Shown in pieces: positions 37,449-49,860 of a stretch of DNA of 64,000 nucleotides (position 1 is the stretch's first letter; every line of letters begins with the position of its first letter). The stretch comes from Octopus sinensis (Eukaryota): positions 9,796,001-9,860,000 of the forward strand of contig NC_043013.1 in the NCBI RefSeq assembly GCF_006345805.1, given 5' to 3'. The notes beneath the pieces were generated by a model, which saw only the letters and a program-made list of their open reading frames with translations, had not been told where the DNA came from and searched no databases. Both the position numbers and the translations under genes were made by a program.

Positions 37449-38327
37449 CCTATATATGTATATATACACAAAGACACATATCATACAATTTACACGCATA
37501 AAAATATATATAGTTATAAAAGAACATAAAAGCATTTTCATTCATATACACCTACATACACCATATATATATATATATATACATACATGCAACCAAACAC
37601 GTACATACGCATACATACAGCACAAACGCAAACATACATATACATGCATACAGGAGAGATAGATAGACGGATAGACAGACACCAGACAGACAGATAGATC
37701 GACAGAGAAAGAGAAAGAGAAAGATTGAGAGAGGCAGACAGACCAAAAGATTGACAGACAGATAGAAAGGCATACTATCGAAGATAGATTATAGAATTAT
37801 GTATGTCATACAGTTAATACATTAATACAAGGATCTATTTCTGCTTAGGACAAGTCGACCTGTTTTTCTTTATTATTATTTTCCAAATATCGAATATTTT
37901 ACAGCTGCAAATGCTGACTTAATCTGGATACGTAATTTCGTATCAAGACTGAGCGACTTGCATACTTGACTAAAGATGAATCCCTAGTGTCTCGTCCTTG
38001 AATTATCACTGTCCAGCTGCTCATGATGAAACATTGTATAAATAATAGTTTACAACCCTCTGCATCTTGCCACATGTTTCTCTAACAACTGGCGTCCTGG
38101 TAGCATCATTAAACAATGATAGTTTATAGTGTACGAATTGGCAGATAATGAAAGCTATATGTCATCTACTTGCTGGTACGATTCTTCATTGCTTTGTCAT
38201 ATTTACCCCTCTTTGTGTCACACAGGAATCTATCTATCTGTCTGTCTAGCTGTCTTGCTGTCTGTCTATAAATATGGCTTTCTATCTGTGTATCTGTCTA
38301 TTTACCTGCCTATCAATTTGACTATCC

Positions 38328-38329
<2 letters not shown>

Positions 38330-38419
<90 letters not shown>

Positions 38420-38669
38420 GTCTGTCTATCTGTCTGACTGTCTATCTGTCTATTTATCTATCTATCTATTTGTCTGTCTGTATGTCTATCTTACTAATCT
38501 GTCTGTCTGTTTATCTGTCTATTTGTCTGTCTGTATGTCTATCTATCTGTCTATCTACCAATTTATCTGCCTATCTATCTGTTTATCTATCTATCTACCT
38601 GTCTATTTCTTTGTTTAATATCTGTGTATCTGGGTGTCTATTGTCTATAATTTGTTTGTCAAATGCCCG

Positions 38670-38745
<76 letters not shown>
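38330..38745. repeat. (TATC)n/(TGTC)n arrays and degenerate derivatives
   Basis: Seen directly; accounts for the LSIY-repeat ORFs. Confidence 0.95.
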
Positions 38746-39067
38746 CCTGTGTGTGTGTGTGTGTGGTGTGTCTCTGTTTATCCATCTCCCAATCTATCTA
38801 TATTTCTGTCTATTTGTAGGGCCGTCTACTGGTCAGATCCTGTCTTTTTGTATAGCTGTGTATTCCCCTGTGTCTAATTTATTTAACTTCGCACATAGCT
38901 TGTTAGTTATCTAAATACAGAAATCTGGATTTTACTTGTTCAATCCCTACCCATCCATCTATGGATGTTCTTCACTTTCCCTTTCCCTAAATAGTCGCTC
39001 ACACGCAAATACACATTTACATCCATGTATATCAACGCGCGTGTGTATATATATTTGTATTCATACA

Positions 39068-39111
<44 letters not shown>

Positions 39112-40590
39112 TACATGTAATATACGTTGCAAGTGTACACAAATATTTGTACATATGCATTGAAACAATAAAAATCGTTTGATGGGAAACTAAATAAATT
39201 ATACACACATTAAATTGTATTAAAATATTGACGACATTTTCGGGATCAAAACTAACAGGTTATAAACTTAAGAGGAACCAGGAATAAAGAAAGTATAGAG
39301 TAGAGAGGGGGGGGGGATAATAAAAATAAAACAAAACAGAAATTAAAGCAAAAACTGCTAAATGCTTTATATAAAAAAAATGCTTGGAATTTTTTCAAAA
39401 ATGGCGGAAACAGATTTATGATTTTCTAAAAAGGAAGTTTTTGATTAAAAGCATCATTCTTAAGTTTATGTTCTTTAGTTAACCTATTGGAATTCAGGAA
39501 AAAGAAAAAAAGAGGAATTTATAACACCTTCTTCCGATTAAGCCTGATACACGGATTATTATTATTATTTTTATTGTTGTTGTTGTTGTTGTTGTTATGT
39601 TTGTTTTAATTCTCGATCCAAATTTATTATAATGCCTTAAATGAATATTCAGTTTATGGCAGTATAACCAACAAAAATAACCCTTTAAAATATTCACAAA
39701 AATTTTTACCTCATTATTTACTATAATTAATTTTTAGGAATCAAAATAAAATCCGGAAAAAAGAAAAAAAAAAAGAAAGTAAAAATAGCTTAAAATATTC
39801 TGATTTATCGGAATTTATTGAGTGAAAATTACCTTTATCACTGAAAATCAGTGAAAGTTCAGTTTTCAGTTGTTAGGCGTAAATATGGGGCTTTATTTTA
39901 GATGTGATTGTTGATGAAAAAACGTGTAAATGTTGTGATAATGAAATAAAGAAGCTTACGCATTAAATCATTTCTACTGGTATGTATGTATTCACGTATG
40001 CGTTTGTATATATGCATCCTTCAAGCTTAAGCACAGTTTTCATGTATCAAATTTTACAAATTGAGTCTATGTGAAAAGGCGTTTGCGTAGGGTTCCGCTG
40101 AGCGGGATCCGACCCAAGGTTACACTTATATGTCGAGTTCGATAATAAAGTGGACAAATTAGGGGCAACATATTTGTTGAACTGTAAGAATTTCGGATCG
40201 AATGCATAGCAGTATCTATTCCTGCTTTTTCTATTTTGAGTTCAAATCCCACCATAACCTATCTGGATGATAGAAAATCCGACACCTTAGCAGTTACTTG
40301 AATATCGTAACCAGAGTCCAATCAGTCTGCAAGACAGAGGACCGAGCCACGAGTATGAGGATAATTTCCTCCTTTGTCCCCTCCCATCAGTCTTACAGGC
40401 TCTATACAGGGTCATAGGCACTGCCTTCCCTGTTGAGTAAAAATTGATAAGAATATCGAATTTAATAACAGCAGGAGAGCGACGAGAGAAACAGACTGCA
40501 AAGCCACAGTGATAGATAAGAAGAGAGAGGGAGAACAAGTACGAGAGAGGGAGAGAAAGTATCAAGGAGGGAAGAAGGACGGATGACGGT

Positions 40591-40642
<52 letters not shown>

Positions 40643-40744
40643 AGAGAGAGACAGAGACAGACTGACAGAGACAGACAGACTGATGGAAAGAGAACTTACA
40701 GAGAGTGTGATAGTAGTTACATGCGGCTTCATTATATTCAAACA

Positions 40745-41227
40745 CAAAGTCGGCGAGTTGGCCGAAATGTTAGCACGCCGAGCGAAATGCCTAGTGGTAT
40801 TTCGTCTGCCGGAACGTTCTGAGTTCAAATTCCGCCAAGGACGACTTTGCTTTTCATCCTTTCGGGGTCGATAAATGAAGTACCAGTTACGCACCGGGGT
40901 CGATATAATCGACTTAATCCGTTTATCTATCCTTGTTTGTCTCCTCTGTGTTTAGCCCCTTGAGGGTAGTAAAGAAATAGGCATTTCGTCTGCCGTTTCA
41001 TTCTGAGTTCAAATTCCGCCGTGGTCGACTTTGCCTTTCATCCTTTCGGGGTCGATAAATTAAGTACCAGTTACGCACTGGGGTCAATGTAATCGAATTA
41101 ATCCGTTTATCTGTCCTTGTTTGTCTCCTCTGTGTTTAGCCCCTTGTGGATAGTAAAGAAATAGGTATTTCGTCTACCGGAACGTTCTGAGTTCAAATTC
41201 CGCCGAGGTCGACTTTGCTTTTCATCA
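40745..41227 (+). mobile_element. SINE-B head-to-tail trimer (one full copy, then two headless units)
   Basis: Junctions AAAGAAATAG|G(C/T)ATTTCGTCT at 40980/40981 and 41164/41165. Confidence 0.92.
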
Positions 41228-41320
41228 CGTATAGGTTCCAGGTGGGGAACATATACGCGAATAATACCGGGAAGCCGGCCCTTATGAGCCAGGATAGCTC
41301 GGGAAAGAACAAACGAACAC
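41228..41320 (+). mobile_element. SINE-D 3' tail with a short inverted 5' extension
   Basis: CCAGGTGGGGAACATATACGC...GGCCCTTATGAGCC...GGAAAGAAC(AAAC). Confidence 0.8.
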
Positions 41321-41344
41321 ACAACACACACACACACATACTCA

Positions 41345-41730
41345 CACAAATATAGCTGTTTGCTACGAAGCTTGCTTTCCAACTACATTGTACTGGGTTC
41401 AGTCTCACTGTTTGGTACTTTGGGCGAGCGTCTTGTACTATAGCCTTGGGTCGACCAAAGCCTTTAGAGTGGAACTGGTAGACGGAATCTGAAAGAAGTC
41501 CGTCGTATATACGTATATATCTATGTGTATGTGTTTGTTTCCCTGCTATCGCTTGGCAACCGATTTTGGTGTGTTTACGTCCCCGTAACGTAGCTGTTTG
41601 GCAAGACAGAACGATAGAATAAGTACTAGGCTTACAAAGAATAGGTCCTGGGGTCGATTTATTCGAAAAAAAGGCGGTACTCCAGCATGGCCGCAGTCAA
41701 CGTGAAACAGTTAAAGGAGTAAAAGAATAT
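41345..41730 (+). mobile_element. SINE-C copy
   Basis: GGGTTCAGTCTCACTG...GGCGGTACTCCAGCATGGCCGCAGTCAA. Confidence 0.88.
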
Positions 41731-41977
41731 ATCTATATATCCAGTTATTTGTTTCAGCCATGGGACTGCGGCCATACTGGAGTACCGCTGTGATTTTGTA
41801 CTTTTGCATGCCATTACATATATAATCCAAATCTATAATAGGGTTACTTGCCAATGTGCCATGTAGTGAGATCGAACTCTGAACAATATTGGTGATAGCG
41901 TGCCGAGTTATGCAGATGTATGTCTAGATAAAGAGGTGAAGGATAAATTGTTACATATATTCCGCTTAAAAAATATA

Positions 41978-42221
41978 TTAAATGCGCCCTTTTTAAAGCC
42001 TAGCCAGTCTCATGGGCCCATTCAATGGCGTATGTGTTCCCCAGCTGGACAGGACGCCAGTCCATCGCAGCGTTACTCATTTTTGTCAGCTGAGTGGACT
42101 GGAGCAACGTGAAATCAAGTGTTTTGCTCAAGGACACAACGTGTCGCCCGGTCCAAGAATCGAAACCACAATCTTACGATCATTATGCTGCCACCCTAAC
42201 CACTAAGCTACGCGCCTCCAC
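41978..42221 (-). mobile_element. SINE-E (CORE-like), full length
   Basis: Colinear with 48757-48996 and 62813-63065. Confidence 0.9.
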
Positions 42222-42311
42222 GTATTCCGTATACACAGGGATAAACACATATAATACAGACTCATACACATACATATATAGCATTGTTGGTTCAGTTGTG
42301 TGTGTGTATGA

Positions 42312-42347
<36 letters not shown>

Positions 42348-42867
42348 TTGTATGTATGCATGAATGTTTCTACGTATGCACAGACGGAGAGCTACATTGT
42401 GGTCTGAGGCGAGAAGTTCAGTATGAAATTTACGGTGTATGTTTATAATAAATGCATGAATATGTGTTTGTGTGTGTCTCAGAGGGAGAAGGAGTAATTG
42501 GCAGAAAGAAGGAATGAGAGAGATTGAGGTGGGGATCGAGAGAGAAAAAAAACTGACATAATAAATAGATGGATAATTGGCTATGTAGAAAGTTTAAGCC
42601 AAGTAGTTTTAAAGGATAAACAATTGGTCTTCTGTTTTAACCCAGAAGTAAAGGATCTTATATTTTTTGCTAACAAGATCAATATTACTGTTACAGCTAT
42701 ATAATTTAGTCATTAAAGTATCAGGTAGAGTGCTTACATATTAGCTATCGCGTCTCTTTCTTGTATTTTGCAATTTTTATGGGAGTGGATAAACGCACGT
42801 TCGTTGGCATTGTTCAGATAACGTTAACGAGAACTCAAGTAAATGAATGAGATTTATGTATGACGTA

Positions 42868-43110
42868 TCTCTTACTCTCTCTTTTACTCTTTTACTTATT
42901 TCAGTCATTTGACTGCGGCCATGCTGGAGCATAGCCTTTAGTCGAGCAACTCGACCCCGGGACTTATTCTTTTGTAAGCCCAGTACTTATTCTATCAGTC
43001 TCTTTTGCCGAACCGCTAAGTAACGGGGACATAAACACACCAGCATCGGTTGTCAAGCAATGCTAGGGGGACAAACACAGACACACAAACACACACACGC
43101 ATACATATAT

Positions 43111-43153
<43 letters not shown>

Positions 43154-43315
43154 GACGGGCTTCTTTCAGTTTCCGTCTACCAAATCCACTCACAAGGCTT
43201 TGGTCGGCCCGAGGCTATAGCAGAAGACACTTGCCCAAGGTGCCACGCAGTGGGACTGAACCCGGAACTATGTGGTTAGTAAACAAGCTACTTACCACAC
43301 AGCCACTCTTGCGCC
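42868..43315 (-). mobile_element. SINE-C, full length, young
   Basis: High identity to 25358; tail (CTCTTTTA)n on the plus strand. Confidence 0.95.
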
Positions 43316-44004
43316 TAAGTAATATTGATATTTAATATATGTACAAGTTCATATAAGATGGCGAGTTGCACATTGGACAAAATGCTTAGCAGTATTTACT
43401 TGGGCTCTTTAAATCCCGTTAAAATCGGCTGTTTTTCATCTCTTCGGGGTCTATGAATTCGACTTGATTTCTCTTCAAAACTCACTGGCCTCATACCAAA
43501 ATTAGAAAGAATCACTAAGACGGTTAGCAGGCGGAACCGTTTGCGCGTTGGCAAAATGTTCGGCGATATTTCTTCGACTCATTGAAATTTTGCTGAGGTC
43601 AGCTTTGTCTTCCGTCTTTCCAGAGTTCGATAAAATAAAGTACCAGTCCAGTACTGGTATTGAAATAATCGAATAGCACATCGCTTCTAATGTAACCTTG
43701 TAACTATATTATTTAGAATGAAACTAAAAAAAAACTTCTGTAAAATCTTTGGGTTTTTTTCCACTGTGTGTACGTGTGTTTATGTGTGTGAGTGTGTGTG
43801 TATCTGTGTGTGTGTCTGTCTGTGTGTGTGTGTGTCTGTTTGTGTGTGTACTTGTCAATTAAGCCACTAAAGGCAAAGCGTAATGTTCAAGTCGAACAAA
43901 TATTAACAATAAAATTTTACTATACAAAATGTTTATAATCCCACTATCAGTATGTCTTGCTGTTTTTCCTGCAAATGGATCAACAATACAAATAGCCCTT
44001 CACC

Positions 44005-44035
<31 letters not shown>

Positions 44036-45536
44036 ATATATATATTCCAACAATGGCCATAAATTTCAAGTGTGGAGCCTAACAGCTCCACCAATTAGAA
44101 ACACCTACGATAAACGCATCTCACCATGTTGTTCACCAACAACATAAACATCAGAGTAAATATTTTCATACTGAAGATAAAACTAGAAGTGTTTTGAAAC
44201 GTTTTACAAAGTAAAATATAACTTTCTTATTTTCTAGGTATTCCAAACGATAACATAAATAACTCAAACGTTAGAACGAAAAAATATCTTTTATAAATAG
44301 TCAAGTCTGGAACCTAATGCCTGCAGAGGTCCTTTTTAAAATTAGTAAAACTAAAAACGTTCAATATATGTCTTTTCTGTGACAGTCGCTCCTGTTTTGT
44401 CTTTCATATAATTTACGATGAATTGAATGAAATCTGATCATGCATATATTATTATTTATTCCTTTCTTTCGCTGGTTTTACTAATTTGACTGCGGTCGTG
44501 CTGAGGTGCCGACCTGGAGGGATTTAATCGAACAAACAGGCTCCAGTAGTTTTATCCAACTCCCTTCTATAGTACAAAGACATAATGACACCAACGCTAG
44601 TTTTCAGATATGACTAATACTAAGACATACACAAATATATGACATATTCCATAGTCTTTCCACCTACAACTGCACAAATCCACTTACGACACGTTAGTCT
44701 CTCCAGTGTAAAAGACACTAGCCGAAGTTGCTGTGCAGGGGCCCGAACCCGAAACTATGCGGTTATGAAGCAAACATCTTAACCATATTGTCATCTCTCT
44801 AAATCTATATGCATTCGTATATTCTTTCATTGTTTTCATAGATTCAGTTATTGGACAGCAGCCATGCTGTAGTAATTACTTTATCGGTTGCTGTTCCTTT
44901 GTTTAATAGCTATGTTACGAGATATTAATTGGGGAGAAACATAATCAGCAACGGAGATTTTTGACTAGCGTAATCATAAAAACAGACACGGTCACACACT
45001 GATACAACGTATTTATCATGAGCGTCACCATCTCAGAGTCTGTTGATAGTCGATGATAAGAATCCGTATGAGTCGTATCAAAAGTTTAAGTACATCTATC
45101 TCCGACATTAGTGTCGGTTTTAAGTTGCAATAGTTCGATAGTCAGTCTCAATAATCTCTGTATATCATTCATAGGGCGGTAGGCTAACGGAGGATTTAAA
45201 GTGTCGGGGAAAATATCATGTGACGTTAAGTTACGAATTTTAATAATGGGACTTTAGCTACCGCCGAGTTCAAGACAAAGTTAAAATACTAGTCAAGTAC
45301 TGGGTCGTATGTCATCTACTGACATCGCCACTTCTTGTGTCTAAATTAGGAAGCATTTTTGTTATTGCCGTCCTTGTCCTCATCCTCAAGTTTCAATCTT
45401 TCTTGGGCAGCCATTACAACATCACCAAATGAAAAATTTAATGTTCCTTATGTGTGGAGTCGTACATTAAGCATTGGTTTAGCTTTTTAAAAAATTATTA
45501 GAAATATTTTCATTCAGACAGTGCTTCATGAAAATT

Positions 45537-45613
<77 letters not shown>
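45537..45613. repeat. (TAC)n trinucleotide array
   Basis: Seen directly. Confidence 0.97.
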
Positions 45614-45614
<1 letters not shown>

Positions 45615-45824
45615 TATGTATATATATTGTTATTTTTTTTATTTTACCCGTTTCATTCATGTGATTGCGACTATGCTGAAGAACCACCTTAAGGGGGTTT
45701 TAGTCGAAGGAATTGACCTCACGACTTTTTCTATCGGTCGACTTTGCCGAATCCCTAATTTACGAGGATGTAACCACACCAACGTTGGTGTCAAGCGATG
45801 GTGGTGGGGGCAAACACAGACACA

Positions 45825-45861
<37 letters not shown>

Positions 45862-45942
45862 GCCATTGAATTCGTGAAAGCGGACTTATGAGACTATGGC
45901 TCGGGAAGGATCCCTGGTTCACTAAATATATGTATATGTGTG

Positions 45943-45981
<39 letters not shown>

Positions 45982-45986
45982 TATAC

Positions 45987-46026
<40 letters not shown>

Positions 46027-46065
46027 TCATATATGTATATATGTGTATATATATTATATATACAT

Positions 46066-46148
<83 letters not shown>

Positions 46149-46846
46149 ATTTATGTATGTATGTATGTATGTATTTATAGAAAACACATGCTTGCAGTCA
46201 ACGATTGTCTAGGTCCACGTACAGTAAAAGCCAATGATTTCCATGAAAGCAGTACATTTTTGATCAACACATCTATAAAACGTCAGCGTAGCAAACAGTT
46301 TATTTTCCTCTAGGGAACAATATATACGATTCAACACGCATACGTACATGCATGCATATTCTCATACTAACATAAAGGCACATAAATATATCTACACACA
46401 GAACCACACGCACACGTTGGTACACACACACATAGATATGAATCCAGCCAAGCTGACACACATGCGCACTAATAGGATAAAAAAAAAAAGTGTCCCATAT
46501 TTCGAAAGAAGAAATCAGATGTTTTGTTGTCGTAAACATAACATCAATCTTCATCGAGAAAGGAAACATGTGCAGAAGTTTATAAAACTCATAAAAAGGT
46601 AACAACTAACGTTAACAGCAACAACAACAACAAAAAACCCAAATAATTCAACAACAACAACAACAACAACGATGACACGAGCAACAAAGACATCAACGCC
46701 AACAATTATACGAAACAAAAATATCAACAACTAGAGCGGCATTCATTAATCTAAAAGACAAGCGTTCATTAGTGCATATGTTGACCTCTAAAAAAGAAAA
46801 ACAAATTATTTCTTTGTATAGTTGTACAAAGAAGAGAAGTAGTATA

Positions 46847-47270
46847 TTTTCGGTTTGAACGGCAGTTTTTTAAAAATAATTTCCACGTAATTAAACACTT
46901 TTAAACTTCGTATACTGGTAGAATGTGTTTATAAAACATCTTTTTCTCTTGGCTTTATTGAGAAAATTCTATAATTTGTAAGATATTTGTTGTTTTTTCT
47001 TTCTTCAGTTTCTGCAATTTCAACCAATCAATGACATCTATTGAGGTAGAAAACATTCTGTGTCGTATGAACATGTCCCTCGTTTAATAAACAGATTGGG
47101 TTTATTTACATTTCTGAAGAAAAAAATATACCCTTGCCCCCACCCCTAACCCTAACAAACCCCAACCCTAAAACAGATTGAAATGCAATAGATCGATACT
47201 AGGGTCATAATTATGGGTGACAATTTCATATGACACCACTAGAAAAACTGCCGTTCAAACCGAAAAGATC
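46847..47270 (+). mobile_element. MITE-like element, about 420 bp, about 23-bp TIRs, internal CCCTAA repeats (copy 1)
   Basis: TTTTCGGTTTGAACGGCAGTTTT ... AAAACTGCCGTTCAAACCGAAAA; homologous to 57661-58091. Confidence 0.88.
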
Positions 47271-47632
47271 CGAGAAGTAATTAAACATTCCGTAATTGGA
47301 GCAAATCTTTATAAGAACCAAAATACAAACATTATTGTAGCAAATATAGCGAAGGAAACTGGGAATTTAAAACTAGGTAAATAATGTTCCTTCTGTCTCC
47401 TATTTCCTATTGTTATTATTATTATGATTAAAGCAGGGAGCTGGCAGAGTCGTTTGCACGCCGGGCAAAATGCTTAGTGACATTTTCGTCCGTCTGAGTT
47501 CTGAGTTCAAATTCCAAGTACCATTTGAACACTGGCATTGATGTAAAGGGTACGATATTATGCAAGAGTATTTCCTAGCAACTGGTTCTGTCTTGTAGAC
47601 GTTCTATTGTAGGCTTTTTAAATATTGCACGT

Positions 47633-47790
47633 ATGCAGTAGTGGCTGTGTGGTAAGTAGCTTGCTTACCAACCACATGTTTCCGGGTTCAGTCCCACTGC
47701 GTGGCACCTTGGGCAAGTGTCTTCTATAGCCTTGGGCCGACCAAAGCCTTGTGAGTGGATTTGGTAGATGGAAACTGAAAGAAGCCCGTC

Positions 47791-47849
<59 letters not shown>

Positions 47850-48124
47850 GTGTGTGTGTGTGTGTTGTGTGTGTGTGTGGTGTGTGTGTGTGTGCATGTG
47901 TATGCGTGTGTCTGTGTTTGTCCCCCCCAACATCGCTTGACAACCGATGCTGGTGTGTTTACGTCCCTGTAACTTAGCGGTTCGGCAAAAGGAGACCGAT
48001 AGAATAAGTACTATACTTACAAAGAATAAGTCCTGAGTCGATTTGCTCTACTAAAGGCGGTGCTCCAGCATGGCAACAGTCAAATGATTGAAACAAGTAA
48101 AAGAGTAAAAAGAGAGTAAAGAGT
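47633..48124 (+). mobile_element. SINE-C, full length, with about 125-bp internal microsatellite
   Basis: Colinear with 5429 apart from the expanded (TA)n(TG)n. Confidence 0.95.
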
Positions 48125-48570
48125 AGACACCATAAAATATAATTTTCCAATTGAATTTCAACAAAAGCTGTTTTTTTATCCAAACACTCTTAAATTTTCC
48201 TAGTATTCGTTCACCATTAATCTATGAAGCTAGAAACTACTGAGTCTATTCAATCATTCAAGTCATATGACCATCAGGCATACCCTACTTATTTCTAAAG
48301 CATATGTTCCCTGTACTACTCTTAAAACCAAAAGATATTGCGAACCTGATGTTGAAAAATGGCAAATTCTTTCGAAATACATTGTTATGAACATCTTTCA
48401 CTTTTCCACCACCGAACTGGAATAACTAAAATTATAGAATGCAAAATTTAATAGCAGAAACTTTACATAGAATGAAAGATAATAGTGATTTTACAAAAAC
48501 GTGTCGCGAAGTCCTGTAAATCCTACTTTCTCGAGAATTGCTCTATGACCGTAATTTTAACCATGCTTTA

Positions 48571-49200
48571 ACCAGTGATATTTAACTGGGGTACATATTA
48601 TCCCTGAGGGTCTATACGACACCTGAGGGTCCATATGGCCACTGAGGGTCTATATAAGCTTTTGTTGAGCCCACACAACAAAATGATAAACTGGGGATCC
48701 ACGATAATATTCTAAAGATTTTGCTGTCGATTTATGTATCGGTATATATTGAAAGAGTGGAGGCGCGTGGCTTAGTGGTTAGGGTGTCAGCATCATGACT
48801 TTAAGATTGTGGTTTCGATTCCTGGACCGGGCGACGCGTTGTGTTCTTGAGCAAAACACTTCATTTCACGTTGCTCCAGTCCACTCAGCTGGCAAAAATG
48901 AGTAACGCTGCGATGGACTGGCGTCCCATCCAGCTGGGCGAACCGGGCCCATGAACCTGGCTAGGCTTTAAAAGGGCGCATTTATTTATTTATTTTATGT
49001 ATTGCAAGAAACTGCTAGGTTTCTTTCTCTAACATTTTACAAAGCTGAATGAACACAAGTTAATGTGTGACAAACAAAGTAAGTATTTCGAAAGAAGTTT
49101 TTATTAAACTAGTTTTTAAACATCGAATGGATGTGGGGTTAAACCAGATTAAAATAGTAATGAAACGGGTCCATAGATAAAAAAAAAATGGTTCAGAACC
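48571..49200. mobile_element. Possible hAT-like non-autonomous element interrupted by a SINE-E
   Basis: Start ACCAGTGATATTTAACTGGGGT, three CTGAGGGTC(T/C)ATA repeats, and end GGGTCCATAG...TGGTTCAGAACC resemble hAT MITE ends. The termini are degenerate. Confidence 0.3.
48757..48996 (+). mobile_element. SINE-E (tRNA head + CORE-like domain), full length
   Basis: GTGTTCTTGAGCAAAACACTTCATTTCACGTTGCTCCAGTCCACTCAGCTGGCAAAAATGAGTA resembles the CORE domain GTGACCTTGGGCAAGTCACTT...CTGTAAAATGGG; (TTTA)n tail; TSD-like T(A/G)TATTG(A/C)AAGA. Confidence 0.9.
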
Positions 49201-49564
49201 TTTTTATAAACAGCACAAGAATCTCAAAAACATACGCTTTCTACAACCCAGTTACGATCAAGCGGTAACTTCTAAGCTCAATGCGTTTTGCTTTCAGTGT
49301 TCTTTCAATGAATAGCTTTATATGAGGGTAGGTTATTTCCCTTGCATTTACTTCTTATACATATGAGACACTTTTCGACATTCGTTACCCAATTTTCTCC
49401 TTATTAGTTTACAGGTGCTTTGCTCTCCTTCACTCCAACCTGTCTCGTAATACTTAAACTAATCGCTTAATCTCCATAAAATGAGTATGTATAAATGAAC
49501 ATGTATGTAAGTTGTACGTATATATGCATTCATGTATGTATGTATGTATATGTGTATGCATGTA

Positions 49565-49641
<77 letters not shown>

Positions 49642-49677
49642 ATATATGTATGTATGTATGTATGTATATATATAAAG

Positions 49678-49860
49678 GGCGAGAATTCACAAAAAAGAAA
49701 CAAAAGACGAAGACTGCTGCTGTATACAACAAACAGATGTATTAGTATAACTCTCGGAAAGTGAAAAAGTCTTTAACGTTTCAAGCCTACGCTCTTCGAC
49801 AGAAAGGAATACAGAAAAAAAAACAAGGAGAGAAGATGAATAGAGAAAATAAAGAATAAT
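49678..49860 (-). mobile_element. PLE-like terminal repeat fragment with variant hammerhead-like motif (copy 2)
   Basis: Reverse complement CCTTT-CTGTCGA-A-GAGC-GTAG-GCTT-GAAACGTT-AAAG at 49771-49806; homologous to 28085-28268. Confidence 0.65.

Noticed and set aside
39368-39407. TATATAAA followed by YY1-like AAAATGGCGG
   Set aside because: Very AT-rich context, the ATG frame closes after 6 codons, and there is no other support.
40290-40480. Minus-strand LYRACKTDGRG as a LINE endonuclease remnant, or the plus frame ...SHEYEDNF... as an exon
   Set aside because: Too few motif residues for either reading; a homology search would be needed.
44166-44207. CTGAAGA-T-AAAAC...GTTTT-GAAACGTT as another hammerhead
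   Set aside because: The core and a stem II are present, but stem I has only 1 bp; likely chance in AT-rich DNA.
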